Source: a bacterium
GTDB lineage: Bacteria > Krumholzibacteriota > Krumholzibacteriia > G020349025
Direction: 5' to 3'
NCBI GenBank assembly: GCA_031362565.1
Contig: JANLSU010000005.1
Coordinates: forward strand, 1-57,425
Length of the DNA: 57,425 nucleotides
The notes beneath the pieces were generated by a model. The model saw only the letters and a list, made by a program, of their open reading frames with translations. It did not search any database and was not told the DNA's origin. Positions 36,906-46,536 of this stretch are shown piece by piece. The translations under genes were made by a program, and so were the position numbers. Within the stretch, counting starts at the first letter, position 1. The number at the start of each line of letters is the position of its first letter.

Positions 36906-39313
36906 CAAGCAAGCGCGCGGCACCGGGCGGCGTTTTCGCTCTCTTGGTTCTGGCCGCCGCTTCGCGCGCGTTCAGCGTCACGCCATTCGTGCACGAAACC
37001 GTCCTGGCACCGAAGACCCGGACCGATCCGCGATTCTTCGCGTCGCTGGCGATGGCTGGAAACTTGGCGCGGATCAGCTTCTTCGACCCCGGTCGCGCCG
37101 ACCTGGAATTCGCCGCACGGAACACCACGGGCTGGATCATCGAGCTTGTCGATTCGACCGCCACGACCGGCACGCAGAATGCGTTGGTGCTCGCGGCAGA
37201 CGGCACACCGCATATTCTGTACTTCGCCGAAACCGCCGGGCTCGTTCGTCATGCTTGGAAGCCCGGCGATGCTTGGAAGTTCGAAACCGTCGAAGCATTT
37301 TCGGCGCCCGTGGGCGGCAACACGTCCTTGCGAATCGACGCCGGCGACAATTTGCATGCGGCGTATTCCTGGGGCGGCGCCGGCATTTCCTACGCGGTTC
37401 GTGAGGCCGGGGGCTGGCGCATCGAAACCGTCACCCGGACCGGATCCAGCCCGTCGCTCGGACTCGACACCAGCGGTTCCCCCGTCGTGTCCTACGTCGA
37501 ACCAACGGGACTCCGGTATGCGACACGGAGCGGGGGGGCATGGCGCAGTGAATCCATCGAGAACACGGGAACCGGCGGATCGCCGTTTGCTCCATCGCTG
37601 GCGCTCGATGCACAGGATGTTCCGCATGTCGCGTACGCCATCTCACGACCCAATCAGGCCATCGATCTTGCATACGCGGTGCGGGGCGGAAACGGCTGGA
37701 ACTCGGAACAGGTCACCGCGAAATACGACGGCGAGCACGCGCTCATCATCGATGCAACGGGCACGCCGCGGATTGGCTTCAGCCGCACCGTGGCGCCGGC
37801 GCCGGAGTTGGGTGGCCTCGTCGACGCGTCGCGCACCGGCGCCGGCTGGGTGTTTGCGCCGGTTGATCCGTCGTCCGGCGTCGGGCGATGGCCGAGCATC
37901 GCGCTCGATGCACACGGCGAACCGTGCTTGTCGTACTCTAACGGCTTCTCCCTGACGCTCTATTTCGCGTCCGCCGCACCGCTGCGTTTCGAGCCGCTCG
38001 GCGCCTTCCAGCTTTGGTCGTCGCCGTACGCGCTGGCCGTGCCCGGAATTCAACAGCCGCACCTGAGCGATCTCTTCGGCCGCGTGCTCGGGCCGATGGG
38101 CGAGTTCACGTGGAAGGGATTCAGCCTCGAGGGTTCGAATCTGCGACTCGATCCAGTGTTCGATACCGGCCGCGGCTATTGGATCAACACGCTCACGTCT
38201 CTCCCGAAGGGGTTCGAACTGGCGGGCGACATTGCCAGTATTCCCGCCGTGACGCTCGCGGCCGGCTGGAACATTCTCGGTGCGCCATCCACGAGTCCGC
38301 TCGGGGCCCGGGTGTGCATCCGGGCGCACGACCGCTTCTTTTCGGTCCCGGAGGCCGTCGATTCGGCGTTGGTCGCCCCCGTCGTGTTCGACTACGTGGA
38401 CACGTCGAGTGATCTCGTCAACAACGGCGAGTTCCTGCCGACCGATCTCCTGCAAGCCGCCTTGGTGTTTCGCCCGGACCATGGAACATTGCTCCTGGCG
38501 TTCGAACCGATTGAATTCCAATTCGATTGCAACACCGCCGCGCCCACGGGGCCGATCGCCACTGGCCGGGCCACGAGCGACAGCCCGCTCGACTGGTCCC
38601 TGAACCTGAGCGCTCGTTCCGGCGGTAAATGGGATCGCGGTGTCCAAGTCGGAGTCGCGCCCGGCGCTTTGGCAACGCGCGATCGGCTCGATTGGCCGCG
38701 GCCGCCACAGCCCGGGTCCGCTCTGGTGGTCGCCGTCGAACACCGCGATTGGGGCCGTTTCGCCGCCGCCTATTTGCGGGATGTGCAATCTACACAACAA
38801 GATACGTATCGCTGGCCGATCGTGGTTTCCGGCGCCGGTCCGCAGCTCGAGTTGTCCGCATCCGGATTCGAGTCCCTCCCACCGGGCTGGCAAGTGTTCT
38901 TGGTCCTGCCGGGCGGCGCCGCAGTGCGGCTGGATTCCCAATCGACTTTCACGACACCGGGCCAAGCGGGCAGGTACAATGTAGACCTTGTCGTGACGCG
39001 GCAGCCGTGGACAGGACCGCTGGTCCGGAGCGGGTTCAATGGCATCCTGACCGCAGCGCGTTCGGCGCGCGACACTGTTGGGCATGTGCTCGCGTATCAA
39101 ATCGTCGATTCGCAGCCTGCTTCACTGCGGATCTTCGACGCGAAGGGACGAATCGTGAGGGATTTCGGCGCGGTTCCCGGCGCGCCCGGCACTCACCGCG
39201 TGTCTTGGGACGACCGGACGAGTCATGGCGGCCGTCTCGCAGCCGGAGTGTATTTTGCGCGCCTCGCCCTCGGGAGCGCGACGTCAACCGCCCGCATCGT
39301 GATCGTCCACTGA
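36902..39313 (+). CDS. Secreted protein: N-terminal beta-propeller (DxxGxPxIxY repeats) plus the shared C-terminal module and FlgD-Ig/CTD-like tail
   Basis: GTGA overlap and signal peptide. Repeats SLALDAQDVPHVAY, SIALDAHGEPCLSY, SLGLDTSGSPVVSY. C-terminal ~440 aa clearly homologous to that of 8580..13394. Confidence 0.85.
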   Translation: MTSKRAAPGGVFALLVLAAASRAFSVTPFVHETVLAPKTRTDPRFFASLAMAGNLARISFFDPGRADLEFAARNTTGWIIELVDSTATTGTQNALVLAADGTPHILYFAETAGLVRHAWKPGDAWKFETVEAFSAPVGGNTSLRIDAGDNLHAAYSWGGAGISYAVREAGGWRIETVTRTGSSPSLGLDTSGSPVVSYVEPTGLRYATRSGGAWRSESIENTGTGGSPFAPSLALDAQDVPHVAYAISRPNQAIDLAYAVRGGNGWNSEQVTAKYDGEHALIIDATGTPRIGFSRTVAPAPELGGLVDASRTGAGWVFAPVDPSSGVGRWPSIALDAHGEPCLSYSNGFSLTLYFASAAPLRFEPLGAFQLWSSPYALAVPGIQQPHLSDLFGRVLGPMGEFTWKGFSLEGSNLRLDPVFDTGRGYWINTLTSLPKGFELAGDIASIPAVTLAAGWNILGAPSTSPLGARVCIRAHDRFFSVPEAVDSALVAPVVFDYVDTSSDLVNNGEFLPTDLLQAALVFRPDHGTLLLAFEPIEFQFDCNTAAPTGPIATGRATSDSPLDWSLNLSARSGGKWDRGVQVGVAPGALATRDRLDWPRPPQPGSALVVAVEHRDWGRFAAAYLRDVQSTQQDTYRWPIVVSGAGPQLELSASGFESLPPGWQVFLVLPGGAAVRLDSQSTFTTPGQAGRYNVDLVVTRQPWTGPLVRSGFNGILTAARSARDTVGHVLAYQIVDSQPASLRIFDAKGRIVRDFGAVPGAPGTHRVSWDDRTSHGGRLAAGVYFARLALGSATSTARIVIVH

Positions 39314-39329
39314 CGCGACTGGAGGCAGC

Positions 39330-41186
39330 GTGGCCATCGGCAACTTCGGCGCACCTGGCGCGCAAGAGAGGCCTTTGATTCGCCAGCAATTGCTCGAAAT
39401 GGGGCTTGCGGACGATCAAATCCTGTTCGTAGATCCGCCGACTTCGACGCGCTGGACGAGTACCGACGTGCAGGCGGCCACGCGCCCCGAGTTCGCGTCG
39501 CTTCTGCAGCGATTGCGCGGCGTGCTGCGCGGTATGCCCTGCCAATCGATCTGCATCACCGGACACCGAATCGATCCTTGGGCGCGCCAACATGTCGCGC
39601 TGCAAGTCGCCCTCGGGCTCGCGCCGACACATCGCAACGTCGTGCTGGTGGATTACGACTTCCTACGCCCGGGACTCGGCGGACTCGTACCCGACCCGAT
39701 GTCTCCCGGCGTATCGGACTACGTGCGATCGCGCCAGCGGCTCGAAACGCTGCTGCTGCATCCGGTCGCGGGCGGCCCGAATTTGCTGCCCGCCGGATCG
39801 TCGCCGGACGATCTGGCGACGCTCCCACCCACAACCGTCCTGCACATCATCCAACAGCTGTCCCAGATGTGCGATCTCGCGCTGTACGTGACGCCGCTCC
39901 TGGACCGTGGTGAAAAGCGCTCGCTCGCTTCGTGGTGCGACCACATCGTGTACGCCGCCGCCCTCGATCCAGCGGATCAAGGCGACGGATGCGCCGAATC
40001 CGTCCGCCTCCTGCTCGCGCAGGACATTCATGTCGCGGGGGTCGTGCTCTACATGTCCAGCGTCTCGCGCCCGGAGACCGCGCCGGTGGATGCCTCGAGC
40101 ACGTTGCGGCCGCGCGCGCCGGAGCGTTTCTTCGCGCCGAGTGCGCCGGCAGCGGTCGACGACCCGGATCGCACGATTCCACCGGCGGAACCGGAGCCCG
40201 TCCGAACCTTCGACTCCGGCGCGACGCAGCGCCTCGACGTACCGCCCGCGTGGGTGGCGCCGGAGCCGGCACCGGCGTTCGACTGGGCGGGTACGCTGCC
40301 ACCGGCGATGCCGATGCCACTGCCGTCACCCGAAACGACTTCGGCGGCGCGCGCGCGCCGTGATCCAACGCCGGCCTACGAGCCCGAACCGCGGCGCGAC
40401 GACGGCAAAACCCACTTGTCGCCGCAACGGCAGCGCGAAGCCGAGCGCCAACGCCAACTGGCAGCCGACAACCGCCGCAAGGTCAAGATGCGCCGCTCGG
40501 TGCGGCCCGCCGTGTTGATCGGCGGGAGCGCGATCGTCCTTGTCGCGCTGCTCGCGTTCGCCGTGCCGCGGCTCTGGAATGAATTCGGGGTGCGGTTCCA
40601 GTCGAAACAGCAGGCCACCGCGCCACGTTCGCAAGAACTCACAGCGAACGATCGCGTCAGTGGCGAAGTGGCCGAGAGTCCCGCCGCTTCCGAACCCGCA
40701 CCGGCGCCGGCCCAGGACACGCCCCCGCCGGCCGAGGTTGCCGCGACGTCACCGTCCGAAGCGGGCGCTCCGTCGCAGACCTCGGAAGCCGCTGCCGACC
40801 CAGCCACGTCCGACGCCGCACCGGGCGCCGGCACGACAGATCCTGTTCCCGCCGTACCGGCCGATCCGCCCGCCGCCCAGCCCGCGATCGCACCGCCGCC
40901 GCCATCCGATGCCGACCTCCCGGCTCCAAAGGCGGGCGCGGATGCCTATGCCGTGCACGTCGCCTCCTACCAAAGCGAGCGGCAAGCAGCGATCGAGATC
41001 GCCACGCTCCGCAAGCGTGGCTACGTTGCACGCGCGGTGCCCGTCGATCTCGGCGCCAAGGGTGTGTGGCTGCGGGTTTACGTCGGACCCTATTCGACCG
41101 CCGGCGACGCACAGTCGGTGCGTGCGGCGTTGCTCGCATTCCCCGACTATGCGGATGCCGCCGTGCGGCGCGTGCCACGCGAGTGA
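39330..41186 (+). CDS. CpsD/CapB (BY-kinase/MinD-like) degenerate domain - Pro-rich linker - TM - SPOR domain protein
   Basis: SICITG..VALQVALGLA..NVVLVDYDFLRP..GVSDY..NLLPAG..DIHVAGVVL. TM VLIGGSAIVLVALLAFAV. SPOR YAVHVASY..WLRVYVGPY. GTG after GGAGG. Confidence 0.8.
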   Translation: MAIGNFGAPGAQERPLIRQQLLEMGLADDQILFVDPPTSTRWTSTDVQAATRPEFASLLQRLRGVLRGMPCQSICITGHRIDPWARQHVALQVALGLAPTHRNVVLVDYDFLRPGLGGLVPDPMSPGVSDYVRSRQRLETLLLHPVAGGPNLLPAGSSPDDLATLPPTTVLHIIQQLSQMCDLALYVTPLLDRGEKRSLASWCDHIVYAAALDPADQGDGCAESVRLLLAQDIHVAGVVLYMSSVSRPETAPVDASSTLRPRAPERFFAPSAPAAVDDPDRTIPPAEPEPVRTFDSGATQRLDVPPAWVAPEPAPAFDWAGTLPPAMPMPLPSPETTSAARARRDPTPAYEPEPRRDDGKTHLSPQRQREAERQRQLAADNRRKVKMRRSVRPAVLIGGSAIVLVALLAFAVPRLWNEFGVRFQSKQQATAPRSQELTANDRVSGEVAESPAASEPAPAPAQDTPPPAEVAATSPSEAGAPSQTSEAAADPATSDAAPGAGTTDPVPAVPADPPAAQPAIAPPPPSDADLPAPKAGADAYAVHVASYQSERQAAIEIATLRKRGYVARAVPVDLGAKGVWLRVYVGPYSTAGDAQSVRAALLAFPDYADAAVRRVPRE

Positions 41187-41208
41187 GCGAAAGCCGGCCG
41201 GCGCGCCG

Positions 41209-42414
41209 TCAGTGCGTCGCGCCTGTTGTGGAAGGCGTGAAGTTTCCGGTGCCGTCGCCGAGCAAGATCGTCACCGAGTTGCCGGAGAAGTTCGCGAGCG
41301 CCAAGTCGAGCTTCGCATCGCCGTTCAGATCGCCGATGACGACGGACCGCGGTGACCGGCCGGCGCTGAAATCGCGCCGCGCGGCGAGCGCGCCCGTTCC
41401 GTCATTCAAGAATACGGATACAACATCGCTCCCGGCGCTCGCGACAACGACGTCGAGGTCCGCATCCGCATCGAGATCCCCGATCGCGATGGCGCGCGGC
41501 GTCCTGCCGGTTGCATAGTCGCGGCGTGGCGCGAACCGAGCCGCCCCGGTGCCGAGCAGTACGGAGATCGAGTCGGCGTCCGAGCTTGCAACCACGACAT
41601 CCGGCCAGCGATCCGCGTTCAAGCGACCGACTGCGACGTGGCGCGGCCGCCTGCAAGTGGCATACGGCACCGGCGTCGCGAGCGCCCCATTCCCGAGTCC
41701 GCGCAGGATCGAAAGCGTGCGCAGCGACTGATTGACGACCACGACGTCGAGGTTGGAATCCAAGTCGAGGTCCGCCACCGCAGCACCCCAGGGACTCGAT
41801 CCGACGGCCACGGTGAATTCGCGCCGCTGCGGGAAGTGCCCATCACCGCTGCCAAGCAACACCGAAACGCCGCTCGCGAAACTGTTGCTGACCACAAGGT
41901 CCATGATCCCGTCGCGGTTCATGTCACCCGCGGTGACCACGAGCGGGTAGCCGGGAGCGGCGACGCTGATCTGCGGCAACAAGGTTCCATCGCCCCGGCC
42001 GCGCAGGATCGACAGCGAATCGTCGTAGGAATTCGCGACCGCGACGTCCAGCCGGCGGTCGCGGTTGAGGTCGACCACGACAAGGGCGCGCGGCATGGTG
42101 CCGGCTCGATAGTCGACCGGTGGAGCGAAAGTCCCATCACCCGCACCGATGAGGACGGAAATCGAATTCGCGCCACGGTTCGCGGTCACGAGGTCGGCCC
42201 TTCCGTCGCCGTTCAGATCGCCAAGGCCGATACACTCCGGCTGGGCACCATTCGCGAGGCGCACAGACTCCGCCGCGATCCGGCTTGGCGGCGCGACGGC
42301 GGCGATGCACCCTGCGAGCCAAAGGTCCCGGCAGACCCTCCACCCGCGGCGCCGGACCGCCGCGGGTGCGCCGGCGGCGGTGTCGCGTTGCCCGTGCTTG
42401 CCGGTCGCGCTCAT
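41209..42414 (-). CDS. Secreted FG-GAP/VCBS-repeat protein
   Basis: About seven D(L/M)(N/D)xDxxxD(L/V)xxxN..(S/T)xS(V/I)LxG.G.G repeats and a signal-like N-terminus. Confidence 0.88.
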   Translation of the reverse strand: MSATGKHGQRDTAAGAPAAVRRRGWRVCRDLWLAGCIAAVAPPSRIAAESVRLANGAQPECIGLGDLNGDGRADLVTANRGANSISVLIGAGDGTFAPPVDYRAGTMPRALVVVDLNRDRRLDVAVANSYDDSLSILRGRGDGTLLPQISVAAPGYPLVVTAGDMNRDGIMDLVVSNSFASGVSVLLGSGDGHFPQRREFTVAVGSSPWGAAVADLDLDSNLDVVVVNQSLRTLSILRGLGNGALATPVPYATCRRPRHVAVGRLNADRWPDVVVASSDADSISVLLGTGAARFAPRRDYATGRTPRAIAIGDLDADADLDVVVASAGSDVVSVFLNDGTGALAARRDFSAGRSPRSVVIGDLNGDAKLDLALANFSGNSVTILLGDGTGNFTPSTTGATH

Positions 42415-42435
42415 CGAGACACTCCCCGCCTGCTT

Positions 42436-45360
42436 TCATCGATGCAGGAGTACGAACTTGCGAGTCGCGATGACACCACCCGCATCCAACCGGACGAAAT
42501 AGACGCCGTGCGGCGCGCGCGCCCCGTTGCCGGCACGGCGGTCCCACAGCACCGTGTGTTCGCCCGGATCGTGCCACTCGGGCGTCGTGTTCCAAATGCG
42601 GCGGCCGGCCACATCATAGATGGCCAGCCGGGCGGCAATGCCGGCGGCCTCGATTCCGATGCGTATGCGCACTGGGGCTCCAGAGGGTGGCTCGAACGGC
42701 ACCGCGAGAAATGTGTGCGCGGCGCCGGCGGGCACCCGGACCCGGACCGGGCCGGCGATCGTGAGCATCCCGCCATGCTCTCGCAAGAGCAGGCGGTACC
42801 AGTACTCGCGGCCTCCCGTGACCTCGGTATCCATGAAATCCATGGCCGGCGTGGGAACGAGTGGGGACACCGTACGGGTCACGAACTCGCCGGCCGGGTC
42901 CTCGGTGCGCTCGACCATGATGCCCGATACGCGGGCGACGGCCGCTGTCGAGAGCGTCCAGTCGAGACGCACTTGTTCGGATCCGGCGGCGGTGTTGAAC
43001 TGTATTTCGTCGGCCGGCGATCGCACTCGGCGCCCGAGCAAGACCGAAATGCTCGCGGACCTCTGATTCGCGACCACGAGGTCGAGTGCGCCATCGAGAT
43101 TCACGTCCCCGGCCGCGATCGCAACCGGGGCATCACCCGTCCCAAAGTCCGAGCGTACGAAACGCGGCAGTGCCGGAGCGGTGCTCGGTACGGCGCGAAA
43201 GACCGACACGGTGTTCGAGCCCTCGTTGGCGACTGCCAGATCCAGCCTGCCGTCGTGGTCCAGATCGGCGGCGACCAGCGCGCCGGGCCGGGCCCCAGTG
43301 CGAAGATCCATTCGGTTCGGGAAATGGCCGGTTCCATCGCCGAAGAGCACCGTTGCCGAGCCCCCTCCACCACGACACGCCACCGCGAGATCGAGGATCC
43401 CATCGCGATCCAGATCCGCGACGGCGATGGCGCGGGGATCGACGCCGGTCGCCACGGCAATGAGCGGTGGTGCGGGATTCGCTCCCGACAGCATCGTGCT
43501 GTCGGGATTCAGGAGCACGCATACGTTGTCGCTCCCGGTCATGGCCATCACCACATCGAGTGCGCCGTTGCGGTCCAAGTCGTCGAGCACAATTGTACCT
43601 GGGGTGTGGCCGACGAAAACGCGCCGCGCGACCCGGAACCGCAGCGGTCCGCCCGAGTTGTTCGCAGCCGCGCCGAACAGGACTGCGAGCGAGTCCCGGG
43701 TCGCGACCACGAGATCCAGCACGCCTTGGCGCCCCAAGTCGCCGATCGCGACAGCCATCGGCGCCGAACGTGCGCCCAATGCCACGCCCTCCCCGCGCTC
43801 GAGGCTCGAGTTTGCGCCGCCTCGTAGGACGAGCACGGAGTCCGATTCGGGACCGACAACGACCACGTCGGTTCTGCCATCGCGGTCAACATCACCCAGT
43901 GCGATCGACGCGACGCCGGCCGCCGCCGCTGAACCCAGGGCGCGCGGGAATGCACCATTGCCGTTGCCAGCGAGCGTGCGTACGCGGCCGGCCTCGGCGC
44001 CGGCGGTCACCGCGTCCAAGAACGCATCGCCATCGAAGCGGCCCAATACGACCGTCGCGGGCCGTGCTGCGAGACGCGTTTCGTGGACGCGGCCAAACTC
44101 CCCGGCGACGCTTCTTTGCAGTACCGCGACGTCGCGCAGCCCACCGGCAACGACCAGATCGGGGCGGCCGTCGAGGTCCACATCGCCGACCGCGAGGCCG
44201 CGCGACTCGCCCAGCGAACGTTGCTCGACCTGCGGTTCGAAGGTGCCATTGCCACGGCCGCGCAGTACGGAAACCGTCGAGCCGCCGGAATTGAGCACGG
44301 CAAGGTCGAGCTTGCCGTCCGGTGTCGCGTCCAAGTCAGCAGCCACGATCGCGGCCGGACCCGGTCCGACCGCGAAACGGCCCGCGAGTGCGAGCGACAA
44401 GAGGCGCGCACCCCCGACGCGTGTGACACCGCGGTTGAGCAAGACCGCCACGGCGCGGGGTGAGCTGTTGACGACGGCGAGATCCGGCGCGGCGTCGCCG
44501 TTGAAATCGGCGATGACGATTGATTCGGCTGGGCCACGCGGCAGGAACGCATCGGATCCGCCGATCGAATACGATGCCGGCGACGCGAAGCCGCTGGCAC
44601 TTCCAAGCGCCACGGCGACGCGCAGGGTATCGGACGGCGAAAGGCACGATCCACTGCAGCCGTATGTGGCGACCACATCGACCCAGCCGTTGCCATCCAT
44701 ATCAGTGGCCGCAATCGCCCGGAATCTCTTCGCCTCGGAATGCAACGCCTCCGACAAGGTGATGATCACCGAGTCCGGGCGCAGCGTCCCGTCCCCGTTG
44801 TTCTCGAGCAAGCCGATCGAGTCGCCGCTCGCTCCAGCCACGAACAGATCGAGCGATCCGTTGCGATCCCAGTCGGCAACCGCGAGAGCGTGCGGCGAGT
44901 GGCCGGCGGCATAGCGTGTGGTGCCGAACTCCAAAGTCGCCGGCTGCGACCCGCCCGTCTGCAACGCGACGGTGACGGTTCCAGATCGTTCGTTGGCGAT
45001 CACCAAGTCGAGTTTTCCGTCCCGGTTCAGATCTGCGGCGACGACCGCCGCCGGCCCCTCACCGGCACGGATCGTCGTGCCCGCTGCGAAGTCCGCACCG
45101 GCGCGATTCAAGAGCACCGTCACATCGCCCGACTCGCGGTTGGCGACAACGAGATCAGGGGCTGCATCTGCATCCAAATCTGCCACGGCGACGGCGGACG
45201 GATGACTGCCGGCGACGAAACTCATAAACGGGGCGTCGAACAGCGGTTGAGCGCCGGCCGGTGGCGCCACGATCCCGAGACCACCTGCGAGAACCAGCAG
45301 TGAATGCATTCGATTGGCACCGGTGGACACTGGCGCCCGAATGCCGCGTTGGTGTTTCAT
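42436..45360 (-). CDS. Secreted FG-GAP/VCBS-repeat protein (double propeller) with FlgD-Ig/CTD-like tail
   Basis: About 13 FG-GAP repeats. Tail AIYDVAGRRI..VLWD..G....HGVYFVRL..TRKFVLL. ATGA overlap with the barrel gene. Confidence 0.88.
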   Translation of the reverse strand: MKHQRGIRAPVSTGANRMHSLLVLAGGLGIVAPPAGAQPLFDAPFMSFVAGSHPSAVAVADLDADAAPDLVVANRESGDVTVLLNRAGADFAAGTTIRAGEGPAAVVAADLNRDGKLDLVIANERSGTVTVALQTGGSQPATLEFGTTRYAAGHSPHALAVADWDRNGSLDLFVAGASGDSIGLLENNGDGTLRPDSVIITLSEALHSEAKRFRAIAATDMDGNGWVDVVATYGCSGSCLSPSDTLRVAVALGSASGFASPASYSIGGSDAFLPRGPAESIVIADFNGDAAPDLAVVNSSPRAVAVLLNRGVTRVGGARLLSLALAGRFAVGPGPAAIVAADLDATPDGKLDLAVLNSGGSTVSVLRGRGNGTFEPQVEQRSLGESRGLAVGDVDLDGRPDLVVAGGLRDVAVLQRSVAGEFGRVHETRLAARPATVVLGRFDGDAFLDAVTAGAEAGRVRTLAGNGNGAFPRALGSAAAAGVASIALGDVDRDGRTDVVVVGPESDSVLVLRGGANSSLERGEGVALGARSAPMAVAIGDLGRQGVLDLVVATRDSLAVLFGAAANNSGGPLRFRVARRVFVGHTPGTIVLDDLDRNGALDVVMAMTGSDNVCVLLNPDSTMLSGANPAPPLIAVATGVDPRAIAVADLDRDGILDLAVACRGGGGSATVLFGDGTGHFPNRMDLRTGARPGALVAADLDHDGRLDLAVANEGSNTVSVFRAVPSTAPALPRFVRSDFGTGDAPVAIAAGDVNLDGALDLVVANQRSASISVLLGRRVRSPADEIQFNTAAGSEQVRLDWTLSTAAVARVSGIMVERTEDPAGEFVTRTVSPLVPTPAMDFMDTEVTGGREYWYRLLLREHGGMLTIAGPVRVRVPAGAAHTFLAVPFEPPSGAPVRIRIGIEAAGIAARLAIYDVAGRRIWNTTPEWHDPGEHTVLWDRRAGNGARAPHGVYFVRLDAGGVIATRKFVLLHR

Positions 45361-46532
45361 CGGCGGCCACCGATCTGCAACCCGGCCTCGACCGCAAACC
45401 CACGGAGATCGGTTCGTTCGGGTCCGAGGATTTGCTCGCTCGCACGGGCGTCAATCCGGCCCCAGCTGTACCGGAGCATCGTGACCGCCGCGAGGTGCAG
45501 GTGGTCCGACAGCGTATATGCGACGTCGGGGCTCAAATCGACCCGCCAACCGTCCCCGACACCGCGCAGATTCGCGCCGATCCAGCGCGCACCAATCGAG
45601 CCCGCGAGTTCGAGCCGCTCGCGGGGTTTGCCGCTCACTCTGGAGTTGGCGTAGAACTCACTCGCGCGCTCGGCGCGGGTGACGGTCGTGCTGTCGGTGG
45701 ATTGTCCCAGCAACTCGCTCTTGGCCTGGCGGGTCACCGCGCCCCGCAGTTGCAGCTCGGCCCCCGCGACCGGACGGCGGAACGTGCTCACGAAAACCAG
45801 CCGCCGGCCCAACTGATAGACACCCTCGCCCTCCAACCGGTCCTTCGAGTACCGGTAGTACGCCGCGTCGAGACGCCAAAAGTTGCGGCCCAGCGTGAAA
45901 TCGATCCCGCCGGACACGCTCAGTTGGTCGGCCGGATCGAACGCCGGCGAGGCGTCGAAAAAACGGTACTCGCGTTTCATCAAATAGCCGATGCCCAAAC
46001 CCACGACAACGGGACCGCAATCGACTGCTCCGACCATCGCGAAGTCATAGTTGTACCCCTCGCCGAGCGGACTCGTGCGAAAGCTCTGCAGACGATCCGA
46101 GACACCGCGCGCCAGAAACAGGTCGAGTGTATCGAGTTTCGCCTCACCGGTCGGGAACGACGTGCCGGCACGCAGCAGCAAGTTGGTGAACGGCCGCGCC
46201 GAAACGGCCAGGCGCGTGTCCTCGAGTCCGACCACGCGGCTCTGCCGCTGTTCTGTCGCGACATATCCCGAGGCCACTTCCAACCGCAGCCACGACAACA
46301 CAGGCGCAGTGCCCTCGACGTAGGGTCCGCCCTGCGTGAGTCGTGCGCCGCCCGGCCCCGGCACATCCTGGCGCCAGCTTTCCAGGTGATACACGGAGCG
46401 AAAGCGGAGCCCCCAGTCGGCGCGCCCACCGAGTTCGTCGGCGCGCGCCGGTCCGGTGCAAAGCGCCGCCGTCGCCAAAGCCGCGCCTGCGAGGCGCACG
46501 TTGATGCCGGGGCGTTGCGTCAGACTTCGCAT
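45357..46532 (-). CDS. Outer-membrane beta-barrel protein, paralog of 34525..35715
   Basis: Signal LAGAALATAALCTGPARA. GLEDTRL..GTSFPTG..LARGVSDRL..FRTS.LGEG..FDPADQ match the paralog. Confidence 0.75.
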   Translation of the reverse strand: MRSLTQRPGINVRLAGAALATAALCTGPARADELGGRADWGLRFRSVYHLESWRQDVPGPGGARLTQGGPYVEGTAPVLSWLRLEVASGYVATEQRQSRVVGLEDTRLAVSARPFTNLLLRAGTSFPTGEAKLDTLDLFLARGVSDRLQSFRTSPLGEGYNYDFAMVGAVDCGPVVVGLGIGYLMKREYRFFDASPAFDPADQLSVSGGIDFTLGRNFWRLDAAYYRYSKDRLEGEGVYQLGRRLVFVSTFRRPVAGAELQLRGAVTRQAKSELLGQSTDSTTVTRAERASEFYANSRVSGKPRERLELAGSIGARWIGANLRGVGDGWRVDLSPDVAYTLSDHLHLAAVTMLRYSWGRIDARASEQILGPERTDLRGFAVEAGLQIGGRR

Positions 46533-46536
46533 GCGT

